DNA of 61,807 nt, counting the filler. It is 8 parts of 8 records of this genome, joined end to end, with 100 filler letters (N's around TTAATTAATTAA, not from the genome) between each part and the next. Parts side by side here need not be neighbours in the genome. Positions count along the whole stretch, not along the records: positions 27,082 to 32,685 come from DRR723986_13610; positions 32,786 to 43,262 come from DRR723986_13611; 6 more parts are not named here. One strand, given 5' to 3'. The notes beneath the pieces are model-generated. The model was given only the letters and a program-made list of their open reading frames with translations. It had not been told where the DNA came from and did not search any database. Of the stretch, positions 29,396-39,361 are shown piece after piece; positions within the stretch are counted from its first letter, which is position 1, and every line of letters begins with the position of its first letter. Both the position numbers and the translations under genes were made by a program.

Positions 29396-29845
29396 TTACT
29401 GCTGGCCCTGAGGCTGCATCATCTGACGCTGTTGTTGCATCTGCTGCTGCATCTGCTTCATGCGGCGATCCAGCTCATCACGCTGCTCCTGGGTGAACAC
29501 CGCATCTACCTTTGCCTGCATCAGGGCAGAAAGCGCTGCAATTTCACCGGTCACATCACCGAGTTTGGCGGCATTGTCACGAATGGCAGACTCGTCGTAA
29601 TCCGGCTTGATCTGCTCTTGCAGGTCTTCCTGCAGCGAGCGGGCATCCTGGCGCAGTTCGCCGATTTCGCCCTGCATGTCGTCGATGATGCCGCGAATCT
29701 CGGTTTGCTGTTCTTCAGACAGCCCCACCATCTGCGCGAGCTGGGCCACCTGATCCGGCTGACCACCCGGCGACTGCTGTGCGATCGCCGGCGCTGAGAT
29801 AGTCAGGGCGACAAGTGCGGAACCGATGAATTTTGCGAGCTTCAT
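29396..29845 (-). CDS. Spy/CpxP-family periplasmic chaperone
   Basis: Signal peptide; LSEEQ and FTQEQ (LTxxQ-like) motifs; Q/M-rich tail. Confidence 0.8.
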   Translation of the reverse strand: MKLAKFIGSALVALTISAPAIAQQSPGGQPDQVAQLAQMVGLSEEQQTEIRGIIDDMQGEIGELRQDARSLQEDLQEQIKPDYDESAIRDNAAKLGDVTGEIAALSALMQAKVDAVFTQEQRDELDRRMKQMQQQMQQQRQMMQPQGQQ

Positions 29846-30080
29846 ACTGTTCTCCATCATTGAGGCGGCTTGTCGGGAGCCACCACGGATTGGCTTTAAT
29901 CATTGAAGTGACACCCTAAAGCATTCACCTACTTCATTTCACCCCGATATCCCTTCAATTTGTACAGGTTCTCAGTTTGATTCGCTCTGAGGGCGCGACA
30001 CTGGCGGGATTTGATGAATGTGAAAATTTAGTCATTCCCCTGCATAATGGCGCCCTCAATCAATCAGCGGAGTAAACACC

Positions 30081-31004
30081 ATGGCCATTAACTGGTTTCC
30101 CGGGCATATGCACAAGGCCCGAAAGGAGATCAAGAAAGTCATGCCTCAGATGGACCTCATCATCGAGGTGGTGGACGCCCGGATTCCCTTCAGTAGTGAG
30201 AATCCGCTGGTGCCTTCGCTGCGTGGCGATACCCCGCTGATCAAGGTGCTTAACAAGCGAGACCTGGCCGACCCGGTCATCACCGAGCAGTGGCTGGCCT
30301 GGCTGGAGCGGGAACGGGGTGTACGTGCGGTCACGCTCACACACAATCAACGCCAGGAAGCCCTGGGCATCCTCAAGCTGGCGGAAGAGATGACGCCCGG
30401 GCATGATCGACAGAAAAGCGCCTTGAGGGTGATGATCCTGGGCATCCCGAACGTCGGCAAATCCACACTGATCAATACCCTGGCTGGCCGGCCCGCCGCC
30501 AAGACTGGCAACGAGCCGGCGGTTACCCGGGCACAACAGGCCATCAAACTGCCGGATAACGTTCTGCTCTACGATACCCCTGGCTTCCTCTGGCCCAAGC
30601 TGTCGCCGGTGCAATGCGGCTATCGCCTGGCAGTAACCGGCGCAATCCGCAGTGCTGTACTGGATTTCGAGGATGTTGCGCTGTTCGAGGCGGATTATCT
30701 GATTGCCCACTACCCGGAGCTCGTCGTCAACCGCTACGGGCTGGACGAAACACCCGTGGATGGGCTGGCACTGATGGATGCCATCGCCGTAAAACGCCGT
30801 TTCCTGGGCCGCGGCGGGGTACCGGATCTGCACAAGGTTTCCGAAGTGCTGCTGAACGAACTCCGAGCCGGGACGCTCGGCCGGATCTCGCTGGAAACGC
30901 CGGACATGGTGGAACAGGAACTGGTGGAAGCCCGGGCCCGGGAACAGGCCGAGGCGGAAGAGAGAGCCAGAAAGGATGAGCAGCGCAAGAAGAAGAAACG
31001 CTAG
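30081..31004 (+). CDS. ylqF: Ribosome biogenesis GTPase RbgA/YlqF
   Basis: INWFPGHM, DARIP, NKRDL, GIPNVGKS, DTPG. Confidence 0.95.
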   Translation: MAINWFPGHMHKARKEIKKVMPQMDLIIEVVDARIPFSSENPLVPSLRGDTPLIKVLNKRDLADPVITEQWLAWLERERGVRAVTLTHNQRQEALGILKLAEEMTPGHDRQKSALRVMILGIPNVGKSTLINTLAGRPAAKTGNEPAVTRAQQAIKLPDNVLLYDTPGFLWPKLSPVQCGYRLAVTGAIRSAVLDFEDVALFEADYLIAHYPELVVNRYGLDETPVDGLALMDAIAVKRRFLGRGGVPDLHKVSEVLLNELRAGTLGRISLETPDMVEQELVEARAREQAEAEERARKDEQRKKKKR

Positions 31005-31075
31005 CCGGACTCGGCGTAAAGGCCAAACCCGTAAAGACTAAAGTTTGGGCATAAGACTAGCCTTTTTTGCTATAC

Positions 31076-31089
31076 TTGATTTAAATCAA
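31076..31089. promoter_or_regulatory. FNR/Anr box TTGAT-TTAA-ATCAA abutting an extended -10 (TGC-TATACT)
   Basis: Exact consensus match upstream of fnr. Confidence 0.85.
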
Positions 31090-31271
31090 GGTGACTGAAA
31101 CCAGATGTTTCAGCATTGGCACCCATGGGAATCCGCCGCATGCCCAGGTATCCGGATCGCCCAGGGTGTCCGCCCCGAACGCAGGCAAAAGCCTTACCTG
31201 TTGGGGCTGAGGACGCACCGCACACGCTTCGGTGCGGTTTTGAATGGATCAACCCGGATGGTTCGTCAACT

Positions 31272-32018
31272 ATGGCCCAGGCAATTCGACTTCACCAAGT
31301 ATCCCCTCTCAAGGCCTCCTGTCACCAGTGCAGCCTGAGCAACCTGTGTCTACCTCTGGCCATTGAAGAGAACGATCTTGATCGCCTTGAGGACATTGTC
31401 CAGCAGGGGAAAATCTATAACCGCGGCGAGCATATTTTCGATCAGAGTACCCCGGTTCGCTCCTGCTTTGCGGTCAAGAGCGGCTCCATCAAAACATCCA
31501 TTATTACCGAAGGCGGTGAAGAACAGGTAACCGGTTTCTTCATGCCTGGTGAACTGGTGGGGCTGGACAGCATGAGCAGCGAGAACTATGCCTGCACTGC
31601 CAAAGCACTGGAACGTACCAGCGTATGTGAATTCCCGGTCGACAGGCTTGAGGAACTCACCGGCAAGCTGCCGGAACTGCAGCACCACATGTATCACCTG
31701 ATGAGCCAGGAAATCCAGAACAGCCATCAACTGGCCATGCTGCTCAGCAAGAATACCGCCGAAGAGCGCATTGCGGCGCTTTTGCTGTCGCTGTCCAGCC
31801 GCTTCCGGCGTCGTCGTATGTCGGCTACCAATTTCAGCCTGCCCATGGCCAGGAACGACATTGCCAACTTCCTGGGCCTGGCAGTTGAAACCGTGAGCCG
31901 GGTTTTCACCCGCTTCCAGAATCAGGGCATCATCCGCGCTCGCGGGCGGGAAGTGGAACTGCTGGATGTGGAAGCGCTGCAAATGGTAACGCGGGATTTC
32001 GCCCGTCAGGGCCAGTAA
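31272..32018 (+). CDS. fnr: Fumarate/nitrate reduction regulator FNR (Anr)
   Basis: CHQCSLSNLC plus internal Cys (VCEF); ETVSR HTH; start reassigned to MAQAIRL. Confidence 0.93.
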   Translation: MAQAIRLHQVSPLKASCHQCSLSNLCLPLAIEENDLDRLEDIVQQGKIYNRGEHIFDQSTPVRSCFAVKSGSIKTSIITEGGEEQVTGFFMPGELVGLDSMSSENYACTAKALERTSVCEFPVDRLEELTGKLPELQHHMYHLMSQEIQNSHQLAMLLSKNTAEERIAALLLSLSSRFRRRRMSATNFSLPMARNDIANFLGLAVETVSRVFTRFQNQGIIRARGREVELLDVEALQMVTRDFARQGQ

Positions 32019-32048
32019 GCACTAACCAGTCACACACCCTGAGCGGGT

Positions 32049-32685
32049 TCAGGAATTTGCCGGAACCCGCTCAGCGCTGTTCGATTCCTTCAACATCGCC
32101 ACCTCTTCAGACAACCAGGTGCGCCACGGCATCTGTTTTATGCCGAAGGTATTGCGGATCTTGGTACAGACCATAGTGGTGTTTACCGGTTCGATGTGGC
32201 CCCAGTCGGGCACCTCGTCCACCACCTTGATTCCTTCAGGAATGCCAGGCATGCCGGCGATCGCCAACCCCAGTTCATACAGATTGATCTCTTCTGCCCC
32301 GGCATACTGGTAGGTACCCCAGACTTCAGCACCACAATCGATCTGGAGCGCCACCGCCACGATCACCCTCGCCAGATCCTTCACCGCCACCGGCTGCCCC
32401 TGACACCGGCCGGGCAAAGACAGGCCACCTTGCGCCGTACTTCGCTGAACCTTGCCGATAAATCGGGCCAGGCTCCAGCCGGTACGCAGAATAATATGCC
32501 GCGGGAGCTGCGTTCTCAGGGCCTGCTCACATTCCCATTGCCAGCGACCCAGCTCGTTAACAGGCTGCCCCGGATTCGACGCAATGTAGGCACCCTGTTT
32601 ACGGCCATCAAACACATAACAGGAAGAAAGCTGCAGTAAAGCCATGTTGCGCTCACGGGCATGCTCGGCCAGCGCCAACGGCAAG
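32049..32685 (-). CDS. RmlD-like SDR-fold sugar-nucleotide-binding protein, 5'-truncated, catalytic motif degenerate
   Basis: LSSCYVFDG, PVNELGRWQWECEQ, IILRTGW, WGTYQYAG. Confidence 0.75.
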
Positions 32686-33252
32686 NNNNNNNNNNNNNNN
32701 NNNNNNNNNNNNNNNNNNNNNNNNNNNNNTTAATTAATTAANNNNNNNNNNNNNNNNNNNNNNNNNNNNNNNNNNNNNNNNNNNNGCAGTTGATCTGATC
32801 TCCAGCCGCCACCCGATACCTGCTTAGTTGCAGGTTTTCGAGGTCCCATAGGGACGTGGTTCCGATGACGCCGCGGACAGGACTGCCGCTGACATCCGTC
32901 AAGCACGCCTATGAGATGGGCACATCGGAATTTCATCGAGCCAGAATTATTTTGGAAGCCAGAGCGTTGACGACGAACCGAAGCATGAAGCCCAATGATT
33001 TGACCTAAAGTCTACGTGAAACGGCACCGTGGACAGGAAACAAGAAAATGGACCCGCCCGGGCGGGTCTAGCTGCTTGCCCAAAATGTCTTGACTGAGAC
33101 GGCTCCGCTATTGAAATTCTGAGCCTCGGCATTGCCACGGCAGGATTTTTGACGCAAACGAGTCGTGGATAGGCCCGAATATCTATCAAATCCGTCGCGA
33201 TCAGATCAGGGGAAGAGGCTAAAAAATGACGCGCCCCGTCTAGCTGCTCTGG

Positions 33253-34407
33253 CTAATCTACTTCTTCTATCCCTCTTTTGAGATTCCACAATTTAATCAA
33301 TCGCCATAACTCCGCTTTGGGGTTGATCTGACAACTTCTCAGATAGGTGTAATAGGCGCCCCCTACGTCGTCGATAGGTTTGGTGTGATGAACACAGACT
33401 TCATCGACTATGCCGATCTTGCCACCCGCCTCGGTTACTCGTTGACCCCATAGCAGGTCGAGTCCAAATCCACTGACACTTTCGCGAAACGTATCTGAAG
33501 TCAGCCCAATTGCCCGTCGAGACAGTAATGGCATCATGATTTCGACGGCAGTCAAGCGGCGCCAGCCATTTCCCAAACTGGCCCTTTCGCGCCGCTGATA
33601 CAGAGCGGGCCAAATGCAATGAGAGCGATCACTGAGGGCCATCTGAGCCAGATCCAGCCCTTGCGAAATGCACAAGTCGAAGAAGCGGTCGAGCCCGCTC
33701 ATGCTAACTTCGATATCGTCATCTAGAAAGAGGAAGGCATCGTATCGTTCGAAAATCTGCGGAACTTCCTCTATAAGGCGTGCCATCGCGGTGAACTTCG
33801 TGCCCGGTTGGAACACAACATGTTCGCCAAGTCCTGAGTCGAAGCCGCGTGCATCATAATAGTTGACGAGAAGATCCCAATTTCTGACCGTGTCGGCCTT
33901 GTACCAACTCCTGTGCACGCTGCCGGGACCAGCCTGCAAAACAACTAGAAAGCGGCGATCCGGCCGAACCCGCCCGAGGCGGTGGATCGTGAAAGGAAGT
34001 GCGTTTGTGAAACGTTGTTGCGCGGCGGTCAGGTCTGCCCAATCTCGATAGACCCCAAGCGCTGGCATCGCTAGTCCGCCGAGAATGGCATCATAGGCGT
34101 CCTTTGGTGCGATCCGGCCTCCAGTCGTATTCAGAAACCGATGCATGTCAATCATCGGCGAGGGATCGCGCTTCTCGTATCTACCTTTTTCCAGGTAGTG
34201 CATGTATGGGTTGTCGTGACTAGAAGAATAGTCAGGGTTTTGCCAAGCATACCAATCAGTTTCAAAAAAGGGAGTGGGATTCAGCCCCAGTCGCGCCCCG
34301 TGTTCTAGGTAGTGCTTCTTCGGATTGGTGACGGCGGTAGCGTCTTCGGTCTGTGCGCAATAAAACTGCGCATCCATCGGAACCGATAAGGGCTTCTCTA
34401 CTACCAT
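33253..34407 (-). CDS. Putative glycosyltransferase (DUF707-like) with N-terminal HYLxxGxxxxRxP-type repeats
   Basis: YDAFLFLDDDIEV, VEIMMPLLS, GFGLDLLW. Confidence 0.65.
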   Translation of the reverse strand: MVVEKPLSVPMDAQFYCAQTEDATAVTNPKKHYLEHGARLGLNPTPFFETDWYAWQNPDYSSSHDNPYMHYLEKGRYEKRDPSPMIDMHRFLNTTGGRIAPKDAYDAILGGLAMPALGVYRDWADLTAAQQRFTNALPFTIHRLGRVRPDRRFLVVLQAGPGSVHRSWYKADTVRNWDLLVNYYDARGFDSGLGEHVVFQPGTKFTAMARLIEEVPQIFERYDAFLFLDDDIEVSMSGLDRFFDLCISQGLDLAQMALSDRSHCIWPALYQRRERASLGNGWRRLTAVEIMMPLLSRRAIGLTSDTFRESVSGFGLDLLWGQRVTEAGGKIGIVDEVCVHHTKPIDDVGGAYYTYLRSCQINPKAELWRLIKLWNLKRGIEEVD

Positions 34408-34408
34408 C

Positions 34409-35155
34409 TCAGTGGAAGTCCGCCAAAAACCGATCACCACAAGCGTGAAAATCGGCCCAGTCCTGCTGCAACCGGTTATCGAGGCGTCGGAAGTGTTTGT
34501 ATACGTAGTAGTCAGTCAAGCAATCTTCTAGTCGTGACCACTGTCCTGGGGCTTCTTCCCCGAACGGTCCAGAGGATCCGAGGGGAAATACATGATCAAC
34601 CGTTTCCCCTTCCAGCGCTGGTTTGGGCAGCACGAGTTCTGGCAACCCGCGCTGCATGACGAATTTGAACTTCTTGTAGCCTAAGGCGAAGAGGTGCGCG
34701 CAACCTTCGATGCCGGATGCTTCGCACGAAACGTAGGCTGGTTTGCTTCGGCATTTGTAGAGATCAATGATCGGGGCGACATCCATACCTTCAATGTCGA
34801 TTTTCAGATAGTATGGAGTACCATGTTTTTCAGCCAGATCGAGATAGCGCACCATATCTACATTGATCTGGGTGCTTCCGACTTGACGGCTTCCGAGCCT
34901 TTCATCTAGGGACGACCACTCGGAAACCTGATTGTTGACGTAGAATTTTGCATTGCCGCGTTCGGTGCCGATACAGACGTTTTCAATAATCAACTGGCCA
35001 GCTGAAATCTCGGACTCGAACCTCTTTTCTGCGGCTTCGACAAGTGTTGGGTTGGCTTCGACTGCGACGACTCTGAAACCCTTTTTCAAATAAAACTCAG
35101 TGTCCTGGCCGATATGCATGCCGATATCGAAGATGAGGCTACGATTTGGGTCCAT
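34409..35155 (-). CDS. FkbM-family methyltransferase
   Basis: IFDIGMHIGQD, VVAVEANP, YLKIDIEG. Confidence 0.9.
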   Translation of the reverse strand: MDPNRSLIFDIGMHIGQDTEFYLKKGFRVVAVEANPTLVEAAEKRFESEISAGQLIIENVCIGTERGNAKFYVNNQVSEWSSLDERLGSRQVGSTQINVDMVRYLDLAEKHGTPYYLKIDIEGMDVAPIIDLYKCRSKPAYVSCEASGIEGCAHLFALGYKKFKFVMQRGLPELVLPKPALEGETVDHVFPLGSSGPFGEEAPGQWSRLEDCLTDYYVYKHFRRLDNRLQQDWADFHACGDRFLADFH

Positions 35156-35279
35156 TCCAGTATTCCTTTCAAACAGTCGGGGTTGGGTCGTTGCCCGCAC
35201 CTTTCATAACCCGACGTCAGAATTAATACAGGCGATGGTGCGTTGCTGAACAGCGTCCTCGTTCGGTTTGGGATTGCAG

Positions 35280-36281
35280 TCAGCCGCCGGATTGATCTTC
35301 AAGTTTTTTTGCCAAAGCAAATACAGCGCGCATCAAAATGGCGTTCTCGGCCTGAAGCCTCTCGATATCGGTTAGAGCATGCACGTCTGAGTCATTGGGG
35401 GGTTCAAACAGCGGTTCTGAGCCCATGTCCGGGAAGAACCGTCTTTTGATCGCATCGTTGCTCGCCTCGTATTTCTGCAGGAACTCAGTTCTTTGATCCA
35501 ACGTCAACAGGTGAGAACCAGAACCGGATTTGAACGCGTGTTCGCCCAAGAGACGGGCGATGACCGCATAGAACTCGTTGTCATGTGGGCCTCTGAAGAC
35601 GTCGCGGATTCGGTGCGCCATGTCTCCGATGTGATCGTCAAAGCTGCGGTTGGAGTGCCCGGTAAGCCCAATGCAACCATCCTGAGGCAGATGAAGGTTG
35701 TGAAAGAAATCGTCAACGACATCGCCGTTGTGGAGCTTGTCTCGCCTAAAAAGGCGGAGCATGACGCGATCATGTCCGAATGCGTCTTCCCACGGTTGAA
35801 TCACCCGATCCCAGTTTCCTTCGGTTCCCCCATGGTCGGAAAGATACTGGATCAGACTTGGATGGCGTTTTTGATGCCACTGTTGCCACGCGGACAGGAG
35901 GTAACTATCCTGCCTGCGTATATAGTAGACGATCCGGACATCGAACCCGACGCTTGCAGCAGCTAGGGCAGGAGCCAAAACCGGATGGTTGGAGATATTT
36001 TCGGCACTTACCAGAAGCGTTGACTGCCCTTGTTGGTCCATATGTGCCGACAGCGCGGCCAGACGACGTTGAAGGACTTCTTCACGATCTTGCCGTTGGG
36101 CCAAGTGTTCCATGAACCAGATTTGCTGGCCAGTGACTTTGTCATTGATATCCAGTTCTTGGCCTGGCACGAGAACACCGACCTTTGTCAAAGCGCCATG
36201 GTTGACAGCCAGATAGTCTTGGATAGCGGAGCTTCCGCACTTCGCCGCACCAATATGGAAGATGAGTCGTTTCATAGCCAT
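35280..36281 (-). CDS. Sulfotransferase-like P-loop protein of polysaccharide loci
   Basis: LIFHIGAAKCGSSAIQ, LLVSAEN, YYIRRQDSYLLSAWQQ. Confidence 0.7.
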   Translation of the reverse strand: MAMKRLIFHIGAAKCGSSAIQDYLAVNHGALTKVGVLVPGQELDINDKVTGQQIWFMEHLAQRQDREEVLQRRLAALSAHMDQQGQSTLLVSAENISNHPVLAPALAAASVGFDVRIVYYIRRQDSYLLSAWQQWHQKRHPSLIQYLSDHGGTEGNWDRVIQPWEDAFGHDRVMLRLFRRDKLHNGDVVDDFFHNLHLPQDGCIGLTGHSNRSFDDHIGDMAHRIRDVFRGPHDNEFYAVIARLLGEHAFKSGSGSHLLTLDQRTEFLQKYEASNDAIKRRFFPDMGSEPLFEPPNDSDVHALTDIERLQAENAILMRAVFALAKKLEDQSGG

Positions 36282-36309
36282 ACAGGAGCCGCTTTCATTC
36301 TAGTGGGAG

Positions 36310-38961
36310 TCATCGCTGTCTCGATGCGACCATCCTGCGCAATTCCTCGCGTTCAGACTCTGCCACAGTAAGAGCCTGCTTGAGTTTCCCGATCTCCTGA
36401 TGGAGTTGCGCAACAGATTGACCCTGTGCTTCGCGTTGGCGCAGTTCGTAATTGGCAATGAAGCGCTCTGGGCTGGATTGACCCACTTCTTCGAGATGCT
36501 GTTGTATCAACATGGCAATGCTCGGCTCGTCTCGCATCAAGTCCATTACGCGAACGATTCCACGATCTTGGCGGTCGCCGACATATGCAACGCCGAGCCC
36601 ATGGCTGTGACGCAGTTCGATGGTTGGGTGACGTTCCTTGACCTCTTCCCAAAAACGCCAGACGCCAAAGTCTCGTTCATGTACATTCGTGTCGTGGAAC
36701 AAGATAATTCCGCGATCTGACATCTTTGGCAACCAAGTCTCGTAGTCGTCGCGAACTGCTTCGTAGGTATGTAGGCCGTCAATATGCAATAGGTCGACAG
36801 ACCCTTCTGCAAAGCGAGGCGCAGCGTCCTCAAAGCGCATTCTCAAGAACGAGGCAAAATCTTTGTACTTGCGAAGGAGATGTGTGAACCGATTGAACAC
36901 GCCATTGTCATAGAAACCAGCGTGTTCATCACCTGACCATGTGTCGATCGCGACAGGGTGGGTGTCTATATTCAGCCGATTGGCAGCTTGGCAATACGCA
37001 AGGAAGCTAGCCCCGTTATGGGTGCCAAGCTCTACGTAACGGCGTGGGTGCTCTAAAGCTGTGAGGGCAAAAAGAAATGGGATATGCCCGCCCCATGCCG
37101 TCGGAGTAAGGTTGTCGATTTCCCAGTATGTGGGCTTTAGGAAGGCAGTTAAAAATCGGAACTGGTCATCATATACCGAAGTATTTTCAAGCTCATCTGC
37201 GCATGGAAGCGGTAAGAATTGACAGCCGATATCGGATTTAGCGCGTCGAATTGTTCCATCCGCAGTTGTTTCAAGTTCGGTAACCGGAAGACTGGCTTCT
37301 GTCTCGGGGCTGGCGGCGTCTATGCTTCTGGCTGCACGCATGCTATCGGCAACTTCAGCCACCTCTGCCCCGTGTCGGAATAGCAGCTCGCCTGGATCAT
37401 CAAGCCGGGCCTGCGCCAGGTCAGGCCGCACGCGGAATCTGCGCATCGCAAAGTCCGGCGCTGCTTTAGAGTAACCACTGTCTCGCAGGTTCTGGGTCGT
37501 CATCGGTGCCAGATCCTGACCCTGTTCTCCATAGGTCGCAACGACGGAGTTCAGAAGTTCGTCCGTAACCGTTTTGTTCTTCAGCGCTTTCTGCAAACGA
37601 AACCAGTGCGACCCTTCCAATTTCTCTCGCCCTTTGTTGAGCTGGAGATAAGACAGAACGCCTTGATTCAGTTTTAGCAGAATCTGGTTGCGAGACCGCA
37701 CGGGTAGATGAATCAAGGAGAAGCCCGCGGGCACTGCTTCCAGATCACAGCCGTTGCGGACGGATTGAAGCGAATGATTGCCCTGAGAAATCCATACCCT
37801 GTCGCGATTGACACGTGATGGTTGAAACCCAATCTTGCAATAGTGTGACGGCTTACTAGGAATAAGGAGTTGGGTTTGATCCGAGAACTCAACCTTATCC
37901 GTCCAATATGGGTCTGGAACCGCGTTGGCCCAATTCATCGCAATAACTGGGTGCTTTGAATGCGCGCGCAAAGCGATGTCAAACGACTCGCGGTCGCCAA
38001 AGGGCAGGAATTCATCCGCGTCCAGAAGGAACAGCCAATCGACGTCATTGATCTCTGGATAGGTGCGCACAACGTGGTTCATGACCAGAGCTTGCAGATA
38101 AGCAGGTTCATCAAGGCTATAGACACGCAAGCTGGAATGGCTTGCTGCAACCGCGTCGATGACCTCGCGAGTCCCATCGTTTGAATTGTGGTCTATAATC
38201 ACGATCACGTCGAACAACGCCAGTAGGTGCGATAGGAAAGTTTCGATTATGTCGATCTCGTTCTTCACCAATGCGACCACAGCGGTTCGTACTCTTTTCG
38301 TCTCGTCTGATGCATCCGCCGAAAGCGGATCGCTTTCGGCAACTACGCGAGTAGAAGGCTGAACAGCACGTCCTTCGGTGTAGCCAAATTTCAGGTAGTG
38401 GTAGAATGGGTTAATCCCAGACTCGCGCACATCGCCGTGTGCCGAAAGGTAATAGTCAGTTGAGAAGTCAGGGTTAGGGTCGCGCCCCTCTTTCCAACCG
38501 GAATCAAGAAAATCCTGGATAGGATCTTCATGGCCACGCAGGGCAGGATAGGCACCAACATAAAACTTTGGGTCGAAGGCGGTGCTTACAACTTGACGGA
38601 TATGCGCAGCAGAGGGCTGCGTCGGCCGCCCTTCGCCTCGCCCGAAACACAAGTAATGATAAAACGGGTTCACACCATTTTCGGCAATGTCCGGATTGGC
38701 GTCGAGGTAGTCTTGCGTGGAAAACCAAGGTGCCGGATCACGCCCTTCCCGCCAGCCTTTGTCGATAAAGTGCTGAATAAGGTCGATGGAATCGTTGCTT
38801 AGGTCCGAACTGGCCGACTTGTAGTGGACGGCATCGAACTCGGCTGCAACAATCTCGTACTCGGTCTTGTTCTGCGGCCGAGGCATAGCTCGGTTGAAGA
38901 ACGTGCGTAGAACAGACAAGTTTCCTAGATCTCCATAATCAATCAAAGTGACATGGATCAT
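36310..38961 (-). CDS. Fusion protein: N-terminal repeats, GT2-like glycosyltransferase, class I SAM methyltransferase, coiled coil
   Basis: VKNEIDII, DHNSNDGT, LLDADEF; VELGTHNGAS, DLLHIDGLHTYE, ILFHD; heptad-like C-terminus. Confidence 0.8.
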   Translation of the reverse strand: MIHVTLIDYGDLGNLSVLRTFFNRAMPRPQNKTEYEIVAAEFDAVHYKSASSDLSNDSIDLIQHFIDKGWREGRDPAPWFSTQDYLDANPDIAENGVNPFYHYLCFGRGEGRPTQPSAAHIRQVVSTAFDPKFYVGAYPALRGHEDPIQDFLDSGWKEGRDPNPDFSTDYYLSAHGDVRESGINPFYHYLKFGYTEGRAVQPSTRVVAESDPLSADASDETKRVRTAVVALVKNEIDIIETFLSHLLALFDVIVIIDHNSNDGTREVIDAVAASHSSLRVYSLDEPAYLQALVMNHVVRTYPEINDVDWLFLLDADEFLPFGDRESFDIALRAHSKHPVIAMNWANAVPDPYWTDKVEFSDQTQLLIPSKPSHYCKIGFQPSRVNRDRVWISQGNHSLQSVRNGCDLEAVPAGFSLIHLPVRSRNQILLKLNQGVLSYLQLNKGREKLEGSHWFRLQKALKNKTVTDELLNSVVATYGEQGQDLAPMTTQNLRDSGYSKAAPDFAMRRFRVRPDLAQARLDDPGELLFRHGAEVAEVADSMRAARSIDAASPETEASLPVTELETTADGTIRRAKSDIGCQFLPLPCADELENTSVYDDQFRFLTAFLKPTYWEIDNLTPTAWGGHIPFLFALTALEHPRRYVELGTHNGASFLAYCQAANRLNIDTHPVAIDTWSGDEHAGFYDNGVFNRFTHLLRKYKDFASFLRMRFEDAAPRFAEGSVDLLHIDGLHTYEAVRDDYETWLPKMSDRGIILFHDTNVHERDFGVWRFWEEVKERHPTIELRHSHGLGVAYVGDRQDRGIVRVMDLMRDEPSIAMLIQQHLEEVGQSSPERFIANYELRQREAQGQSVAQLHQEIGKLKQALTVAESEREELRRMVASRQR

Positions 38962-39361
38962 AACAGCATAGGAACATCAAGTAGCTGTGTCCAACCGGGT
39001 TGCTGCATCTAGCGTTTATTCGTTCATAACTTGCCTGATTGTGTGGCTATTTCGACCTGAGTCGGTCTGCCGTCCTCAAGGCCTGCGGAAGACAGAGATA
39101 GCGGCCTAGGCGTTCAGTCCTGGCATCTGGTGGATAGGGTCATGGGTGAATTGATACGGCTCTGTCATGGATCAATTCTTCCGCCGCAACGCATGGGCTC
39201 CATTCTGGGCAGTTCAGCAGGGTGTCCTCTTGTGAAGTGTAGTCGGAAAAACAGTTGAGCTCGGGGCAGGTTATCAGTCATTCATCGGCTCTTCTGGATA
39301 ACATGTCAGGAGGATGGCGCTCTCGTGTGCGCGGGTGAGAAAGTTGCGATGAACCTCAACT

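Noticed and set aside
31116-31271. 52-aa N-terminal extension of FNR
   Set aside because: It depends on a TTG start and is Pro/Arg-rich; FNR-like sequence begins at ATG 31272.
39150-39185. GGCTCTGT... as an IS terminal repeat
   Set aside because: No matching partner end or transposase fragment was found.
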